A stretch of DNA of 60,731 nucleotides from the NCBI GenBank assembly GCA_027622905.1, contig JAQBVV010000002.1, positions 1-60,731 of the forward strand. The letters run 5' to 3'. Positions 1 to 11,663 of this stretch are shown piece after piece (within the stretch, counting starts at the first letter, position 1; each line of letters starts with the position of its first letter). Under the pieces are notes generated by a model. It was not told where the DNA came from. It did no database searches and was given only the letters and a program-made list of their open reading frames with translations. A program made the position numbers and the translations under genes. This DNA comes from Acidobacteriota bacterium. GTDB lineage: Bacteria; Acidobacteriota; Vicinamibacteria; Vicinamibacterales; UBA2999.

Positions 1-15
1 CCTGCCCGGGTCCTA
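1..15. mobile_element. Truncated terminus of E1 palindromic MITE at contig edge
   Basis: Bases 1-13 (CCTGCCCGGGTCC) plus TA match the terminus of the full E1 copies at 28510-28670 and 32222-32382. Orientation cannot be determined from 15 nt because both termini share this sequence. Confidence 0.6.
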
Positions 16-145
16 AGGTGCTCAGGCCCAAGGCGCTCAGTGCCATGGTGCGCTGCGGCACGAGGGGGTGCTCCGATGCGATCGCCGGGGCAACGCGGGG
101 ATGGCGGGATGTCGTCCGGCGTGGCGTGAGCCTTGGACGGCTCCC

Positions 146-508
146 CTACGCTTTGGTGTCTCGCCCGTAACGGTCTTCCAGCCTGACCACGTCGTCCAGT
201 TCGGGCGTGGACGCTTCCAATATGTCGCAGTCGTCGATCGCGGTCATGCGATGCACGGTCCCGGGCGTCACGTGCACCGACTCACCCGGCTCCATGGTAC
301 GCTTCGTCAGCGTGCCACTCCGTTCGATCTCGAACAGCATCTTTCCTGCGTACAAGTAGATCGTTTCGTCCTTGCGGTCGTGATACTGCAAGCTCAGCGC
401 GTGGCCGGCCTTGACGTGGAGGATCTTGCCGACGTAGCGGTCGGTTTTGGCCCAGTGCAATTCGTAGCCCCAGGGTTTCTCGACGCGCGTTACACCTGTC
501 TCGCTCAT
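146..508 (-). CDS. Cupin-domain protein (mannose-6-phosphate isomerase type II C-terminal-like)
   Basis: 120-aa ORF with cupin-type motifs (EKPWGYE..., GHALSLQYHDRKDETIYL, PGTVHR). Confidence 0.7.
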   Translation of the reverse strand: MSETGVTRVEKPWGYELHWAKTDRYVGKILHVKAGHALSLQYHDRKDETIYLYAGKMLFEIERSGTLTKRTMEPGESVHVTPGTVHRMTAIDDCDILEASTPELDDVVRLEDRYGRDTKA

Positions 509-602
509 GACGTGCTGACCTCTTCGTGGACGTGTCCGTGGCCGAGTTCGTCACGCAGGAACTGCTCGATGGCATCGACGCTTGCGAGTGTGAGCACAGT
601 CG

Positions 603-1010
603 TCATGCCTTGTCCCCGCGGAGCAAGTCAGAGGCCACCCAGATCGCGTTCTGCGCGCGCTCGCGCGCTTCCCTGGCGACGTCAAGGAGATTCGCCTGCT
701 CGCTACGCTCCGCCAGTGAGATCAGCATCGGCAGATTGACTCCCGTCAACACCTCCACGCTGTCCTGGTCGAGAAACGTCATGGCCAACTTCGACGGTGT
801 GCCGCCGAACATGTCGGTCAGGAGCAGAACCCCGTCGCCCTGCTGCACGCTGGCGATGGCTTGCGCGATCGCGGCGCGCGCATCCGCGGTCTCGTCGTGC
901 CACCCGATGGACACAGCGATGAACCTCGGTAGCTCGCCTACGACGGTTTCGGTCGCGTTGATCAGTTCCGTGGCGAGTTGTCCGTGCGCGACGACGACGA
1001 TACCAATCAT
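603..1010 (-). CDS. PTS EIIA component, mannose/fructose class
   Basis: N-terminus MIGIVVVAHG is typical of EIIA-Man (phosphorylatable His), followed by LLLTDMFGGTP. The start lies next to the rapZ stop. Confidence 0.75.
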   Translation of the reverse strand: MIGIVVVAHGQLATELINATETVVGELPRFIAVSIGWHDETADARAAIAQAIASVQQGDGVLLLTDMFGGTPSKLAMTFLDQDSVEVLTGVNLPMLISLAERSEQANLLDVAREARERAQNAIWVASDLLRGDKA

Positions 1011-1011
1011 G

Positions 1012-1944
1012 TCAGCTGTCCCTGTGTGTGACGCGCAGCCGAATGCCGCTGATCCCGGTCAGTGTTCGTTTGAGGGTCTCGGCCATCATGACCGAACGGT
1101 GCCGTCCACCGGTACAGCCCACCGCAACGGTCAGGTAGGCCTTTCCTTCCTGCACGTAGTGTGGAAGGGTAAACCTCAGAAATCCTTCCAGCTGCGCGGC
1201 GAATTCGCGGGTGACGGGATGTCGGCGCAGGTATCGGACGACAGCCTGGTCGCGTCCGGTGAGATCGCGGAGGGCGTCGACAAAGTGCGGATTCGGCAGG
1301 AAGCGGAGATCGAAGACCAGATCCGCATCGAGTGGAATACCGTGCTTGTAGCCGAAGCTGACGAGATTGACGACCATCCGGGCCTTGGCCCGAGCACCTC
1401 GCGAGATGCCCATGAATGTGTTCCGGAACTCGTGGACCGTCAGTGTCGACGTGTCGAGGATCAGGTCCGCCATCGAGCGAATCGCCTCAAGCTTCTGTCG
1501 CTCCTCGGCGATGCCTTCGCTGACGGACCTGTTGGGCGCGAGCGGATGTGGGCGCCGGCTCTCACTGAACCGTCGAACGAGCGCCGCGTCACTGGCCTCA
1601 AGAAAGATCAGCGTTGGTGTGACACGGCCACGCGCCTTGAGTTTCAGGTAGATTCGCGGAAACTGGGCAAGGAATCCACCCTCCCGAACGTCGACGACGA
1701 TGGCGACCTTCCCGACACCGGCTTCTGCCCGCGTTGCGAGGTCCGCCATCGTGGGAATCATCTGCGTCGGCAGATTGTCGACGCAGAAGTATCCGAGGTC
1801 CTCCAGGGCGCGAATCGCTTGCGTCTTTCCGGCTCCGGAGAGTCCGGTCAGGATCACGAACCGACTGGTCCCGCGCATGCCTCCTCGGCGCGGCGCGGGT
1901 GATCGTCTCGTCTTCGCCGCGGGCTGTGTCATACGCCGGGCCAT
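1012..1944 (-). CDS. rapZ: RNase adapter / nucleotide-binding protein RapZ (YhbJ family)
   Basis: P-loop GLSGAGKT near the N-terminus, C-terminal GCTGGRHRSV motif, position directly downstream of rpoN. Start is uncertain: the internal Met at 1878 gives the canonical N-terminus MRGTSRFVILTGLSGAGKT. Confidence 0.85.
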   Translation of the reverse strand: MARRMTQPAAKTRRSPAPRRGGMRGTSRFVILTGLSGAGKTQAIRALEDLGYFCVDNLPTQMIPTMADLATRAEAGVGKVAIVVDVREGGFLAQFPRIYLKLKARGRVTPTLIFLEASDAALVRRFSESRRPHPLAPNRSVSEGIAEERQKLEAIRSMADLILDTSTLTVHEFRNTFMGISRGARAKARMVVNLVSFGYKHGIPLDADLVFDLRFLPNPHFVDALRDLTGRDQAVVRYLRRHPVTREFAAQLEGFLRFTLPHYVQEGKAYLTVAVGCTGGRHRSVMMAETLKRTLTGISGIRLRVTHRDS

Positions 1945-1976
1945 CGAGGGGGCTAGAACAGCACCTTGCGCTGGTT

Positions 1977-3398
1977 CTAGGTTGGAATCTTCAGCTCTTC
2001 GCGGTACTTGGCGATCGTGCGTCGCGCGAGATCGAGGCCCTCACGCTGGAGAATAGCCACGATCTTGGAATCGCTGAGTGGCCGCTGCGGGTCCTCTTGC
2101 TCAATGATCTTTCGGATCCGCTGCTTGATCGTCACAGATGACACTGCACCGCCGTACGAACTCGCGATGCCACTGTGGAAGAAGTACTTCAGCTCGAAGA
2201 CGCCCTGCGGCGTGTGCATGTACTTGTTCGTGACGACGCGGCTCACCGTCGACTCGTGCATGCCGATGTCGTTGGCCACATCGCGCAGCACGAGCGGGCG
2301 CAGATACTCGATGCCGTGATCGAGGAAGTCCCGCTGAAACGCGATGATGCTCGTCGAGACCTTGTGGATCGTCTTTTGACGCTGTTCGACCGACTTGATC
2401 AGCCAGAGCGCCGATCGGAACTTGTCCTTGACGTACGCTCGCGTCTCATCGGTGTTTTCCGCCACGGTCTTATCCATGAGTCGGCGATACACCGGACTGA
2501 TCCGAAGCTGGGGTAAGCCGTCTTCGTTCAGCAGTACGACGTACTGGTCCTCGGCCTTGACGACATATACGTCGGGAGTCACATACTGCGACTGGGAAGG
2601 GTTGTAGCGGCTTCCCGGTTTGGGGTCGAGGTGGCGAATGGTTTCGACGTGCGGTTTGAGCTCGTCTATCGACATTCCCATTTTTCGCGCCAGCTCTGGG
2701 ATCTGGTGGTTCTGGAGCAGTCGCATGTGCTCGGCGATGATTGTTTCGGCCATCTGAATCTTGTCGGCCGGTGCGCCGCCCGCGCCAAGGTGTCGCAACT
2801 GGAGCAGCAGGCATTCCTGCAGGTCGCGCGCAGCGACGCCAATTGGATCGAAGGTCTGCACCAGTGCCAGGGCACGCTCGACGTCGTCAGTCGGCCACGG
2901 TCCCATGGCGGCCAGTTCTTCGACGGTCGCCACCAACTGTCCATCGCCGTCCAGGTTCCCGACGATCGCTTCACCGATGTCGCGTATGAGCGGATCGTCG
3001 CTCTGCATCGAGAGCTGCCAGAGGAGGTGATCAGACAGCGACGCCACCGTCGAGAGCGTATTCTCGATTGGCGGTAGCTCCTTGACTTCCGTTGGAATGC
3101 GCGACCGGTACCCGTCGTCGAGGTACTCTCCGAAGAAGTACTCGTAATCCTGGTCGTCCCAGGTGTCGGTCTTTTCGTTGTCCGGAGCCTTCTCTTCCTG
3201 CTTTTCAGGAGACGTTTCGGCGGGCTGCAACTCTTCCGTCGGGACCTCTTCGAGCATCGGGTTCTCGACCATTTCCTGGGTGAGAAGCTCTGACAACTCG
3301 AGCGTCGACATGGGCAGGAGTTTGATCGCCTGCTGCAGCGATGGCGTCAGAATCAGCTTCTGAACGAGCTTGGTATGCAGCCTCTGCGAAATAGCCAT
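1977..3398 (-). CDS. rpoN: RNA polymerase sigma-54 factor
   Basis: N-terminal Gln/Leu-rich region I (LVQKLILTPSLQQAIKLL), C-terminal HTH and RpoN box (ARRTIAKYRE). Confidence 0.95.
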   Translation of the reverse strand: MAISQRLHTKLVQKLILTPSLQQAIKLLPMSTLELSELLTQEMVENPMLEEVPTEELQPAETSPEKQEEKAPDNEKTDTWDDQDYEYFFGEYLDDGYRSRIPTEVKELPPIENTLSTVASLSDHLLWQLSMQSDDPLIRDIGEAIVGNLDGDGQLVATVEELAAMGPWPTDDVERALALVQTFDPIGVAARDLQECLLLQLRHLGAGGAPADKIQMAETIIAEHMRLLQNHQIPELARKMGMSIDELKPHVETIRHLDPKPGSRYNPSQSQYVTPDVYVVKAEDQYVVLLNEDGLPQLRISPVYRRLMDKTVAENTDETRAYVKDKFRSALWLIKSVEQRQKTIHKVSTSIIAFQRDFLDHGIEYLRPLVLRDVANDIGMHESTVSRVVTNKYMHTPQGVFELKYFFHSGIASSYGGAVSSVTIKQRIRKIIEQEDPQRPLSDSKIVAILQREGLDLARRTIAKYREELKIPT

Positions 3399-3442
3399 GT
3401 AATCAGACGCTCAGCGTCATTGTGCCAGCACCATGAAGCATC

Positions 3443-4168
3443 TTAGTCCAAGCGGAAGTCGGCCCCGAGGTAAATCCGGCGAACGTCCTCGTCAGTCGCG
3501 AGCGATTCGGGTGTACCGCTCTTGAAGATCGCCCCATCATGCACGATATAGGCCCTGTCCGTGATGCGAAGCGTCTCGCGGACGTTGTGATCGGTCACGA
3601 GCAGACCGATGCCACGCGCCTTCAAGTGACCAATGATCTTCTGGATGTCCGTGACGGCGATCGGGTCGATGCCCGCAAAAGGCTCGTCAAGGAGCATGAA
3701 CCTGGGCGAGACAACGAGCGCTCGCGTGATTTCCGCCCGTCGGCGTTCCCCACCCGACAGCGTGTAGGCAGGAGCCTTTGCCAGCGGAGTCAGATTGAGC
3801 TCGCTCAACAGCTGGCTCAAGCGGGCCTGTCGCTCGTGTCGACTCAGATCGAGCGTCTCCAGGATCGCCAGAATATTCTGCTCCACTGTGAGACCACGAA
3901 AGATCGATGCTTCCTGGGGCAGGTACCCGATGCCCTTTCGGGCCCGCACGTACATCGGATCGTCGGTGACATCCTCTCCGTCCAGCACGACGCGCCCGGC
4001 ATCAGGTGCGGTCAATCCCACCGTCATGTAGAAGGTCGTCGTCTTGCCTGCCCCGTTCGGGCCCAGAAGTCCGACGACTTCTCCGGACGCGACCTCCAGG
4101 CTGACGCCACGAACGACCGTACGCCCGCCGTAGGATTTGGTGAGTGCGTGGGTTTGGAGGGTTGACAT
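3443..4168 (-). CDS. lptB: LPS export ABC transporter ATP-binding protein LptB
   Basis: Walker [10 protein letters not shown], signature LSGGERRR, Walker [11 protein letters not shown]. Start set at [15 protein letters not shown], whose ATG shares one base with the TGA of the upstream gene. The 43-aa N-extension of the tracked ORF is unsupported. Confidence 0.9.
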   Translation of the reverse strand: MSTLQTHALTKSYGGRTVVRGVSLEVASGEVVGLLGPNGAGKTTTFYMTVGLTAPDAGRVVLDGEDVTDDPMYVRARKGIGYLPQEASIFRGLTVEQNILAILETLDLSRHERQARLSQLLSELNLTPLAKAPAYTLSGGERRRAEITRALVVSPRFMLLDEPFAGIDPIAVTDIQKIIGHLKARGIGLLVTDHNVRETLRITDRAYIVHDGAIFKSGTPESLATDEDVRRIYLGADFRLD

Positions 4169-6261
4169 CAGGGCGTTGGTGCCTGGACACACGATGCACT
4201 CCGCATTGACTGGGTGCGCACTTCCTCCCTGCCGTCGACGATGATGCGATCGGTGGACTTGAAGAAGGTCATGGTTCGGCCGCTGGTCTCTCGGCACTCC
4301 TCGACGATGGTGACCGGAACGGTCGCGATGCCGCTCATCACGTAGCGCTCGTCTTCGGCGAAGTACGTCAGTCGATCGCCGGTGGCGAGACGGGTGCCCA
4401 GGCGCGCACGCACGTCGCCGTAGGCATCCAGTCGTTCCGCGCTGGAGGTGGCCTGGCCGAGCACCACGTCGATGCGCCGTGCACTGATATCTCCCTGCGG
4501 ACCGCTGAGCTGGGACAGTGCGGCGGCTGCGGGGATCGGGGTCGCGGCCGCCGGTGGGGCCGCGGGCGTCTGATAGACGAGCGTTCGCGCGTCGTCGTCA
4601 TACCGGATCTCGACGGCGCGCCCCACGGCCTCTCCAAGGTCGAGCACGATCGTTGACCTCGCAGTCCCGGAGGCGAGCAGGCCCCCACTCGCGCGATCGA
4701 GCACGATTCGATCGGCACGAATAGCTGTCGCCCCTTGCCAGAGCGTCGCGTCTCCCTCGTAGACCGCCGCGCCGACGTCTCCCTGGTAGTCGAGGCTGTC
4801 CGAATTGACGTTCACCGGTTCTCCGTCCTGTAGCAGGCCAGGCGGCCCACCTGTCTTGCCCGCGTGCAAGAAGAGCGTGGTCACCGAGCCGCTGGCGGTC
4901 ATGTGCCTTCCCTCCAGCGCCACGTCGATGGTGTCCGCGTCGATCTCAATCTGCTCGTCGACCACACGGGGCGCGCCTCCGGCGTCGAGTCCAGACAACC
5001 GAAGGGTTCCGTTGCGAGGGTCGTACTGCGCCTCGGCCCCCGATGCCCGAAGCTCGTCCTCCGCAAACTCGACGTTGCCGCGAAAGACCGCACCGGCGAC
5101 GACTGAGGCGTCGAGCGCGATCTGGAGCATGTCGGCGCGCACGATTCTCGGTGTCCCGGCGTTCCCGCCCTCGCGATACTCCACATCCTGGTCGAAGCGA
5201 GCTGCCGTCAAGTCCTTGCCCGGCTCCCCTGTTGCCTCGAATACGAGTGCAGTGATGCGTCGCGCGGGTGATCCAGGCACGCCTGGCAGTGCCACGCGAA
5301 CGTGTCCCTTCCCGTTCGCACGGGTCAGTGACCCATCTGGAGCGAACGAGAGATCGAGCTCATCGGCGAGGAACTCGCGTCCCGGGTCCCCATCCGCGGC
5401 ACGCATCAGGATGGCGCCATCTCCGGAGAGCAGCACGTGCTCAAGTGTCAGGCCGTCGTCCGTATAGTCCAGATCGATGTCGTCAGCAGTCATCGAGTGA
5501 AACGCTCCCTCGCCGGCGACGCTCGCGTGACCGCGCAGGTCGATCGCGGTGACGAGCGTGGCGCCTTCGGACATATACACGGTGCTGCGGTCGGCCTCGA
5601 GCACCTGGTTGCCGTGCAGCACGTGTACGTTTCCAGTGAGCGCGAGCGACTCGTCGGGGCGGTTGAGTATCGCGGTGTCCGACCGAAGCTGAGTCGCCGC
5701 GGCATCGCTGTCGTCGGTCACCGTGACGCGAGCCTCTTCCAGCAGCGACAGCACGTCGGTCTCCTGGTCGTAGGTCAGCCCGACACTGAAACCCGTCATT
5801 CTGCCCTTCGCGAACGAGACAGGGCCTGGCACGAGCACGGTCGCGTCGGCCTCGCGAAAGGTGGCACGATCGGCCAGCGCGACGAATCCATCGCTGGCAG
5901 AGAGTGACACGTCGCCGGTGAGCTCGATCTCGGCGTGCCCCTCGCCGGCGTGCGCCTCGCGCCCGGAGATGATGAAGTCCCGTCCGGCTCGCTGGCGGAC
6001 CGTGATCGTGACGCCAAGAAACTTCGCGGCGCCGTCGGCGTAGGTGAACTGCCGATCGGCTTCGATGACATAGTCCTGCGTGGCCGCCCTGAACTGCTGG
6101 AACGTCGCTCCGACGCTTTCGAGCACGGCGCTGGGATCGAGCGAGGGGGAACGACTCACAGGGTCCGTCGCCTGACGTTCGCGCATCGTCGTGTACACGG
6201 CGATCGCGACGACAATACCGACCGCCGCCACGCCGATGCGGGCGCGCTTCTGCCACGTCAT
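4168..6261 (-). CDS. Membrane-anchored OstA/LptA-like repeat protein (LptC/LptA-like)
   Basis: N-terminal TM anchor ([17 protein letters not shown]), then long beta-rich Asp/Gly/Thr-rich sequence. It sits immediately upstream of lptB-rpoN, where lptC/lptA normally lie. Domain call rests on context and composition only. Confidence 0.55.
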   Translation of the reverse strand: MTWQKRARIGVAAVGIVVAIAVYTTMRERQATDPVSRSPSLDPSAVLESVGATFQQFRAATQDYVIEADRQFTYADGAAKFLGVTITVRQRAGRDFIISGREAHAGEGHAEIELTGDVSLSASDGFVALADRATFREADATVLVPGPVSFAKGRMTGFSVGLTYDQETDVLSLLEEARVTVTDDSDAAATQLRSDTAILNRPDESLALTGNVHVLHGNQVLEADRSTVYMSEGATLVTAIDLRGHASVAGEGAFHSMTADDIDLDYTDDGLTLEHVLLSGDGAILMRAADGDPGREFLADELDLSFAPDGSLTRANGKGHVRVALPGVPGSPARRITALVFEATGEPGKDLTAARFDQDVEYREGGNAGTPRIVRADMLQIALDASVVAGAVFRGNVEFAEDELRASGAEAQYDPRNGTLRLSGLDAGGAPRVVDEQIEIDADTIDVALEGRHMTASGSVTTLFLHAGKTGGPPGLLQDGEPVNVNSDSLDYQGDVGAAVYEGDATLWQGATAIRADRIVLDRASGGLLASGTARSTIVLDLGEAVGRAVEIRYDDDARTLVYQTPAAPPAAATPIPAAAALSQLSGPQGDISARRIDVVLGQATSSAERLDAYGDVRARLGTRLATGDRLTYFAEDERYVMSGIATVPVTIVEECRETSGRTMTFFKSTDRIIVDGREEVRTQSMRSASCVQAPTP

Positions 6262-6350
6262 GGAGTTGATCTTACCTTGTCAGTGGCGGCGGTCGCGTTC
6301 AGCGGGCGGCCTGTCGCGCGTAGCGCGCGACGACGGTCGAGAGCCGTTTG

Positions 6351-8078
6351 TCAGCCGTGGGGTGCTCGGAAGTCCGTGACATTGAGCTGCAGGTACCGCT
6401 CGCCCCTCCAGATGTCCTGTTCCACGGAGAATGCGACGTCGATGGCGTCGCGATTGGCCGCGACGAACTGCGCACGATCGGCAGCCCGCCATGCGATGCC
6501 TCGCATGACCTTGCCGTTCTGCCGGAACGACATCTTCAGATGACGTTCTTTGAGTACGCGAGGGCCGTCGACGATCTCGACAGCGCTGGCCATGAATATC
6601 GGGCGGGGGTTGCCAATCCCAAATGGACTCAGTGCAGCCAGGTCCGATACCACCTCCTCGGTAATCGACCCGAAGGTCAGCACGCCGTCGACGGACACGC
6701 GACGTGTGAAATCGTCCTTCTGCAGATACTGGTCCGCGTGGGCGTTGACTCGGGCCCGTAACTCGAAGATGCGCGAGGACGGAAGCGTCAGTCCGGCGGC
6801 CTGTTTGTGACCTCCGAATGCCGTCATGACCTCTGGACACGACTCCAGCGCTGCGAGCATGTTGAACGACGGTATGCTGCGGCAGGAACCGTGCGCCGTG
6901 TCGCCGTCCTTCGAGAGCACGATGACGGGACGCTGCAACGCATCGACGAGCTTGGACGCAACGATGCCGATCACGCCCCGGTGCCAGTTGTCGCCGGCGA
7001 CCACGATGATCGGGCGGGAGCCGATGTCGAGGTCGGAGTCGACGGCGGCTCTCGCCTCAGCGACGATCGCGGCTTCCTCTGCCCTGCGCCGGAGATTTTC
7101 GGAATCGAGCAGTTCAGCAAGGCGTCTCGCCTCGTCGGCCATCGTCTCATCGGAGGCCAGCAGGAGTCTGGCGGCGATGTCGGGTGTGCTCATTCGTCCA
7201 GCGGCGTTGATGCGCGGACCGATCACGAACCCGACATGATAACCGTCGATCTCCTTGCCAGAGAGACCGCACACCTCCAGGAGCGAGCGCAGCCCGACGC
7301 GATGTGGCCCGGTCGACAGCATGCCGAGACCCAGCTTCGCAATGACCCGGTTTTCACCCGTGAGCGGCACCATGTCCGCCAGGGTCCCGAGCGCGGCGAT
7401 CTTGACAAAGGCCGGTAGCCAGCCTGTGTGGTCGGATCGGAGACAGAGCGCCTGCACAACTTTCAGCGCGACGCCGACTCCCGCCAGATCCTTATCGGGA
7501 TACGGGCAGTCGCGGCGCTTCGGATTGATGACGGCCAACGCCGGTGGGAGCGCATCGTCGGGCTCGTGATGATCGGTGATGATCAGATCGAGTCCGAGCG
7601 TCGTGGCGTGGCGCGCCGCCTCTGCGGCTCGAATGCCGCAATCGACGGAAATGACCAGCCGCACGCCTTCCGCGTGAAGACGGTCGAGCGCGGGAATCTG
7701 CAGTCCGTAGCCGTCGCGCACGCGCTCCGGGATGAAGTGGATCACGTCGGCACCGAGCATCTCGAGGGCGCGGCGGAGAATCACCGTCGAGGTGACGCCG
7801 TCGACATCGTAATCTCCGTGGATCGCGATCCGTTCCCGGTTCGCGACGGCGCTCTGAATGCGCTCAATAGCGAGGGCCATGTCGGTCAGCTGAAACGGAT
7901 CGTGGAGGTCGCTCAGCGACGGACTCAGAAAGCGCCCGGCCCGGTCGGGATCGTCCAGTCCGCGGATGCAGAGCAGGCGCGCGATGATCGCAGAAACGCC
8001 GAGCTCACGAGTCAGCAGGTCGGCTGATGCGGCGTCGTACGTGGCGGTGTCCCAGATGCGCTCAGACACGGGAGCCAC
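6351..8078 (-). CDS. recJ: Single-stranded-DNA-specific exonuclease RecJ
   Basis: DHH-family motifs (IAIHGDYDVDGVTS, SVDCG, IITDHH) and DHHA1 GGH motif (FGGHKQAAG). Confidence 0.9.
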   Translation of the reverse strand: MAPVSERIWDTATYDAASADLLTRELGVSAIIARLLCIRGLDDPDRAGRFLSPSLSDLHDPFQLTDMALAIERIQSAVANRERIAIHGDYDVDGVTSTVILRRALEMLGADVIHFIPERVRDGYGLQIPALDRLHAEGVRLVISVDCGIRAAEAARHATTLGLDLIITDHHEPDDALPPALAVINPKRRDCPYPDKDLAGVGVALKVVQALCLRSDHTGWLPAFVKIAALGTLADMVPLTGENRVIAKLGLGMLSTGPHRVGLRSLLEVCGLSGKEIDGYHVGFVIGPRINAAGRMSTPDIAARLLLASDETMADEARRLAELLDSENLRRRAEEAAIVAEARAAVDSDLDIGSRPIIVVAGDNWHRGVIGIVASKLVDALQRPVIVLSKDGDTAHGSCRSIPSFNMLAALESCPEVMTAFGGHKQAAGLTLPSSRIFELRARVNAHADQYLQKDDFTRRVSVDGVLTFGSITEEVVSDLAALSPFGIGNPRPIFMASAVEIVDGPRVLKERHLKMSFRQNGKVMRGIAWRAADRAQFVAANRDAIDVAFSVEQDIWRGERYLQLNVTDFRAPHG

Positions 8079-8096
8079 TGACCCGCGCCGGTGCGA

Positions 8097-11000
8097 TCAC
8101 CGAAGCGCAACCGATCCGACGCCACAGATCGCTTCCACGTCAGACACGAGTCGCTCGGATGGACGGACGCGGATCTGGCCGTTGACATTCATCTTCACTC
8201 GACGGTGCCGCTCGGGTTCGATCAAGTCGATCGCCACGCGCCGGTCGCCCTTGTGTCGCAGCAAGACGTCCCACAACTGCATGAAGGTCTCTCGGTCGTG
8301 CGGTGGTGCCGAAAGCGTAATGGAGACCGAAGATGTGAGCTGCTCCGTAACCACCGATAGCGGCGCGATCTCTGAGGCCAGGACTCGGGTCGACTCGTCG
8401 TCCCCCTCCAGCCGCCCCTTCACAAGGAGCATCTGACCTGCCTCCGCCAGATGTCCGTACTGCTGGAACGGCTCGGGAAAGACAACGACGTCGACGCTAC
8501 CCTGGGCATCGTCGATGGTCATGACGCACATGGGTTTGCCCTTTCGGGTCTTCAACGGTCGCAGTCCGGAGACGACGCCACCGATCGAGACGTCCTCGGG
8601 CGTGCGCGCCCCATGACCGTTGCTGCCCTTGCCGAGACCGTCGGCGGGTGGCGCTGGCGTGGAGCCATCGTCGGCCGGCTTTCGTGCAGTGAGATCCCCG
8701 GTCGTCTTGGCGCCAAACTCGAGAAGAGCGGCCGCGTAGCGATCCATCGGATGTCCGGACCAGTACAAGCCGAGCGCGTCCTTTTCATACTGGAGTTGCT
8801 CGATCTCCGTCCACGGAGTCGCGGCGGGGAGCGCCGGCAGGTCGCCGTCGCCAGGTTCCTGTTCGCTGCCGAACAACTGTGTCTGCCCGAGGTCCTTGTC
8901 GCGCTGGTGCCGTGCGCCGTGCTCGCACGAGGCGTCGATCGCGGAGAACTGCCGTGCCCGCCCCTCGCGGCCTCCCCCACCTGCAAGTGAATCGGTGGCC
9001 CCGGACTTGACGAGCGCCTCGAAGACCCTCTTGTTGGCGACCCGAAGATCGATGATCTCGCACATCGCACTCAGCGACGCGATCCGTCCACCCAGGTCGG
9101 CCCGGGCGGCGATGATGGCCTGCACGGCCCCCTCGCCCAGTCCCTTGATGGCTGATAGCCCGAATCGGACCCCCTTCCCATGCTCCACCGAGAACGTCAG
9201 TTCGCTCTCGTTGATGTCCGGAGGAAGAATCGGAATATTGCGATCGCGCGATTCGGTCAGGTACACGGCGAGCTTGTCGCTGTTCTGCGACTCGATCGTG
9301 AGTAGCGCAGCCGCAAAATGCCATGGATAGTTCGCTTTGAGATACGCGGTTTGATAGGCCAGCAACGCGTACGCCGTGGAATGTGACTTGTTGAAGCCGT
9401 ACCCGGCGAAATACTCGATGAGTTCGAAGATCTTGGCAGCCTTCCGGCTGGCGATACCCTGCTCCTGGGCGCCAGCCATGAAGCGCTCGCGCTGGGTCGC
9501 CATGACCTCGAGGTCCTTCTTCCCCATGGCCTTACGGAGTACATCGGCTTGACCCAGTGAGAATCCAGCGAGCGCCTGCGCGATGCGCATGACCTGCTCC
9601 TGGTACGCAATGACGCCGTACGTTTCAGACAGAATCGGCTCAAGTTGAGGCAGTTCGTACTCGATCGGCGTCCGGCCTTGCTTCCTGGATATGAAGTCGT
9701 CCACCATGCCCGACTTGAGTGGTCCCGGTCGGTACAGCGCATTGAGGGCGATCAGGTCCTCGAGGCGCTCGGGGCGCGCCTTTCTGAGGAGTTCCCGCAT
9801 GCCCGAGCTCTCGAACTGGAACACGCCGAAGGTCTGGCCGTCGCAGAACAGCTGATACGTCTTGGCGTCGTCGAGTGGAATCCCGTCGATGTCGAGGTCT
9901 ATGTCCTCGGTGCGCTTGATTTCGGCGAGCGCATCATGAATGAGCGTCAGCGTACTGAGACCCAGAAAGTCCATCTTGAGCAGCCCGACGCGCTCAATCT
10001 CCTTCATGTTCCACTGCGTCGTGATTTCGTCACGCGCCCCTTTGTACAGCGGGGCGTAGTCGGTGACGGGCCCGGGAGCAATCACGACGCCGGCAGCATG
10101 CACCGAGGCATGTCGCGACATGCCCTCGAGACGTCGTCCGACGTCGAGGACCTCCTTAACCTTCTGGTCGTTGGCCGCCATGTCTTTCAGTACGGGATTT
10201 TCAGCGAGTGCCTTGTCCAGCGTCATGTCGAGCGCCGCGGGAATCTGCTTCGCGATCCGATCGACATCGGCGTACGGGAGATCCAGCGCTCGCCCCACGT
10301 CGCGCACGACAGCCTTGGCCTTCATGGTGCCGAACGTGATGATCTGGGCGACGTTCTCTCGGCCGTACTTCTGCGTGACGTAGTCGATGACTTCCGAGCG
10401 GCGGCGCTCGCAGAAGTCAACATCGATGTCCGGGAGCGACACGCGCTCAGGATTCAGGAAGCGCTCGAAGAGCAGATCGAAATTGAGCGGGTCCACGTCA
10501 GTGATGCGCATGGCCCAGGCGACCAGCGATCCGGCGGCTGATCCCCGACCAGGCCCGACCGGAATCTTCTCCTCGCGGGCATAGCGAATAAAGTCCCAGA
10601 CAATCAGGAAGTAGCCCACATAGCCCATCTTCTTGATCATCGCGAGTTCGTACTCGAGGCGTCGCGCGTATTCGTCGACGGTATACCGCAATCGCCCCGC
10701 CGCAGCGAGTTGCTGGAGGCGTGACATGCGTTGAGCGAATCCCTCGCGCGCGACGAGCTCGAAATACTCGTCGAGGGTGGAGCCTTCCGGTACGTCGAAC
10801 GACGGGAGGTGGTTCTGTCCCTTGGGAATCGTGACGTTGCAGCGCTCTGCGATGCGCAGCGTGTTCTTCAGCGCTTCGGGATGGTCGCCGAACACTGCGG
10901 CCATCTGGTCGGCTGTCTTGAGAAAGAACTGATCGCCGTGGTACCGCAATCGCTGTGCGTCGTTGACGGTCTTGCCCGTACCAATGCACAGCAGGACATC

Positions 11001-11663
11001 GTGCGGTTGCGCGTCACCCTGCCGAAGGTAGTGCACGTCGTTGGTGGCAACAATCGGCAGATTCAGCTCACGTGCCAGTGGGAGAATGCCCCGATTGACG
11101 GTCTTCTGCTCCTCGATGCCCTGGTATTGCATTTCGAGAAAGAAGTTATGAGGGCCCAGGATGTCTCGCAGGCGCGCTGCGGCCTCCAGTGCAGGCCTGG
11201 CCTGCTCCACTCTCAGCGCACTGGCGACTTCGCCCTTCAGGCAGCTTGACAGGCCGATGAGTCCCTCTGAGTGTTCGGCAAGCAACTCCTTGTCGATCCG
11301 GGGACGATAGTAGAAACCCTCGGTATACCCGGCCGATACGAGTCTGATGAGGTTCCGATAGCCCTGGTCCGTCTCCGCCAGGAGCACGAGATGATTCGTC
11401 TCCGTTTGTGGCCCGGACTTCTTGTGCCGGCTGCCAGACGCCACGTAGACCTCGCAGCCAAGGATGGGCTTCAGCCCGCGGTCGCGCGCGTGATCGTGAA
11501 AGACGACAGACGAGAACAGGTTGCCGTGTTCAGTGACGGCCAACGAGGGCATGTTCAGCTTGACGGCCTCATCGAGCAGTTCGTCGATACGGCAGGCTCC
11601 GTCGAGTAGCGAGAACTCGGTGTGCAGGTGGAGGTGAACGAACTCTGCCACGGCTACTCCCAC
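8097..11663 (-). CDS. dnaE: DNA polymerase III alpha subunit
   Basis: 1188 aa. PHP domain [13 protein letters not shown], polymerase core (PDIDVDF), HhH and C-terminal OB region. Confidence 0.95.
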   Translation of the reverse strand: MGVAVAEFVHLHLHTEFSLLDGACRIDELLDEAVKLNMPSLAVTEHGNLFSSVVFHDHARDRGLKPILGCEVYVASGSRHKKSGPQTETNHLVLLAETDQGYRNLIRLVSAGYTEGFYYRPRIDKELLAEHSEGLIGLSSCLKGEVASALRVEQARPALEAAARLRDILGPHNFFLEMQYQGIEEQKTVNRGILPLARELNLPIVATNDVHYLRQGDAQPHDVLLCIGTGKTVNDAQRLRYHGDQFFLKTADQMAAVFGDHPEALKNTLRIAERCNVTIPKGQNHLPSFDVPEGSTLDEYFELVAREGFAQRMSRLQQLAAAGRLRYTVDEYARRLEYELAMIKKMGYVGYFLIVWDFIRYAREEKIPVGPGRGSAAGSLVAWAMRITDVDPLNFDLLFERFLNPERVSLPDIDVDFCERRRSEVIDYVTQKYGRENVAQIITFGTMKAKAVVRDVGRALDLPYADVDRIAKQIPAALDMTLDKALAENPVLKDMAANDQKVKEVLDVGRRLEGMSRHASVHAAGVVIAPGPVTDYAPLYKGARDEITTQWNMKEIERVGLLKMDFLGLSTLTLIHDALAEIKRTEDIDLDIDGIPLDDAKTYQLFCDGQTFGVFQFESSGMRELLRKARPERLEDLIALNALYRPGPLKSGMVDDFISRKQGRTPIEYELPQLEPILSETYGVIAYQEQVMRIAQALAGFSLGQADVLRKAMGKKDLEVMATQRERFMAGAQEQGIASRKAAKIFELIEYFAGYGFNKSHSTAYALLAYQTAYLKANYPWHFAAALLTIESQNSDKLAVYLTESRDRNIPILPPDINESELTFSVEHGKGVRFGLSAIKGLGEGAVQAIIAARADLGGRIASLSAMCEIIDLRVANKRVFEALVKSGATDSLAGGGGREGRARQFSAIDASCEHGARHQRDKDLGQTQLFGSEQEPGDGDLPALPAATPWTEIEQLQYEKDALGLYWSGHPMDRYAAALLEFGAKTTGDLTARKPADDGSTPAPPADGLGKGSNGHGARTPEDVSIGGVVSGLRPLKTRKGKPMCVMTIDDAQGSVDVVVFPEPFQQYGHLAEAGQMLLVKGRLEGDDESTRVLASEIAPLSVVTEQLTSSVSITLSAPPHDRETFMQLWDVLLRHKGDRRVAIDLIEPERHRRVKMNVNGQIRVRPSERLVSDVEAICGVGSVALR

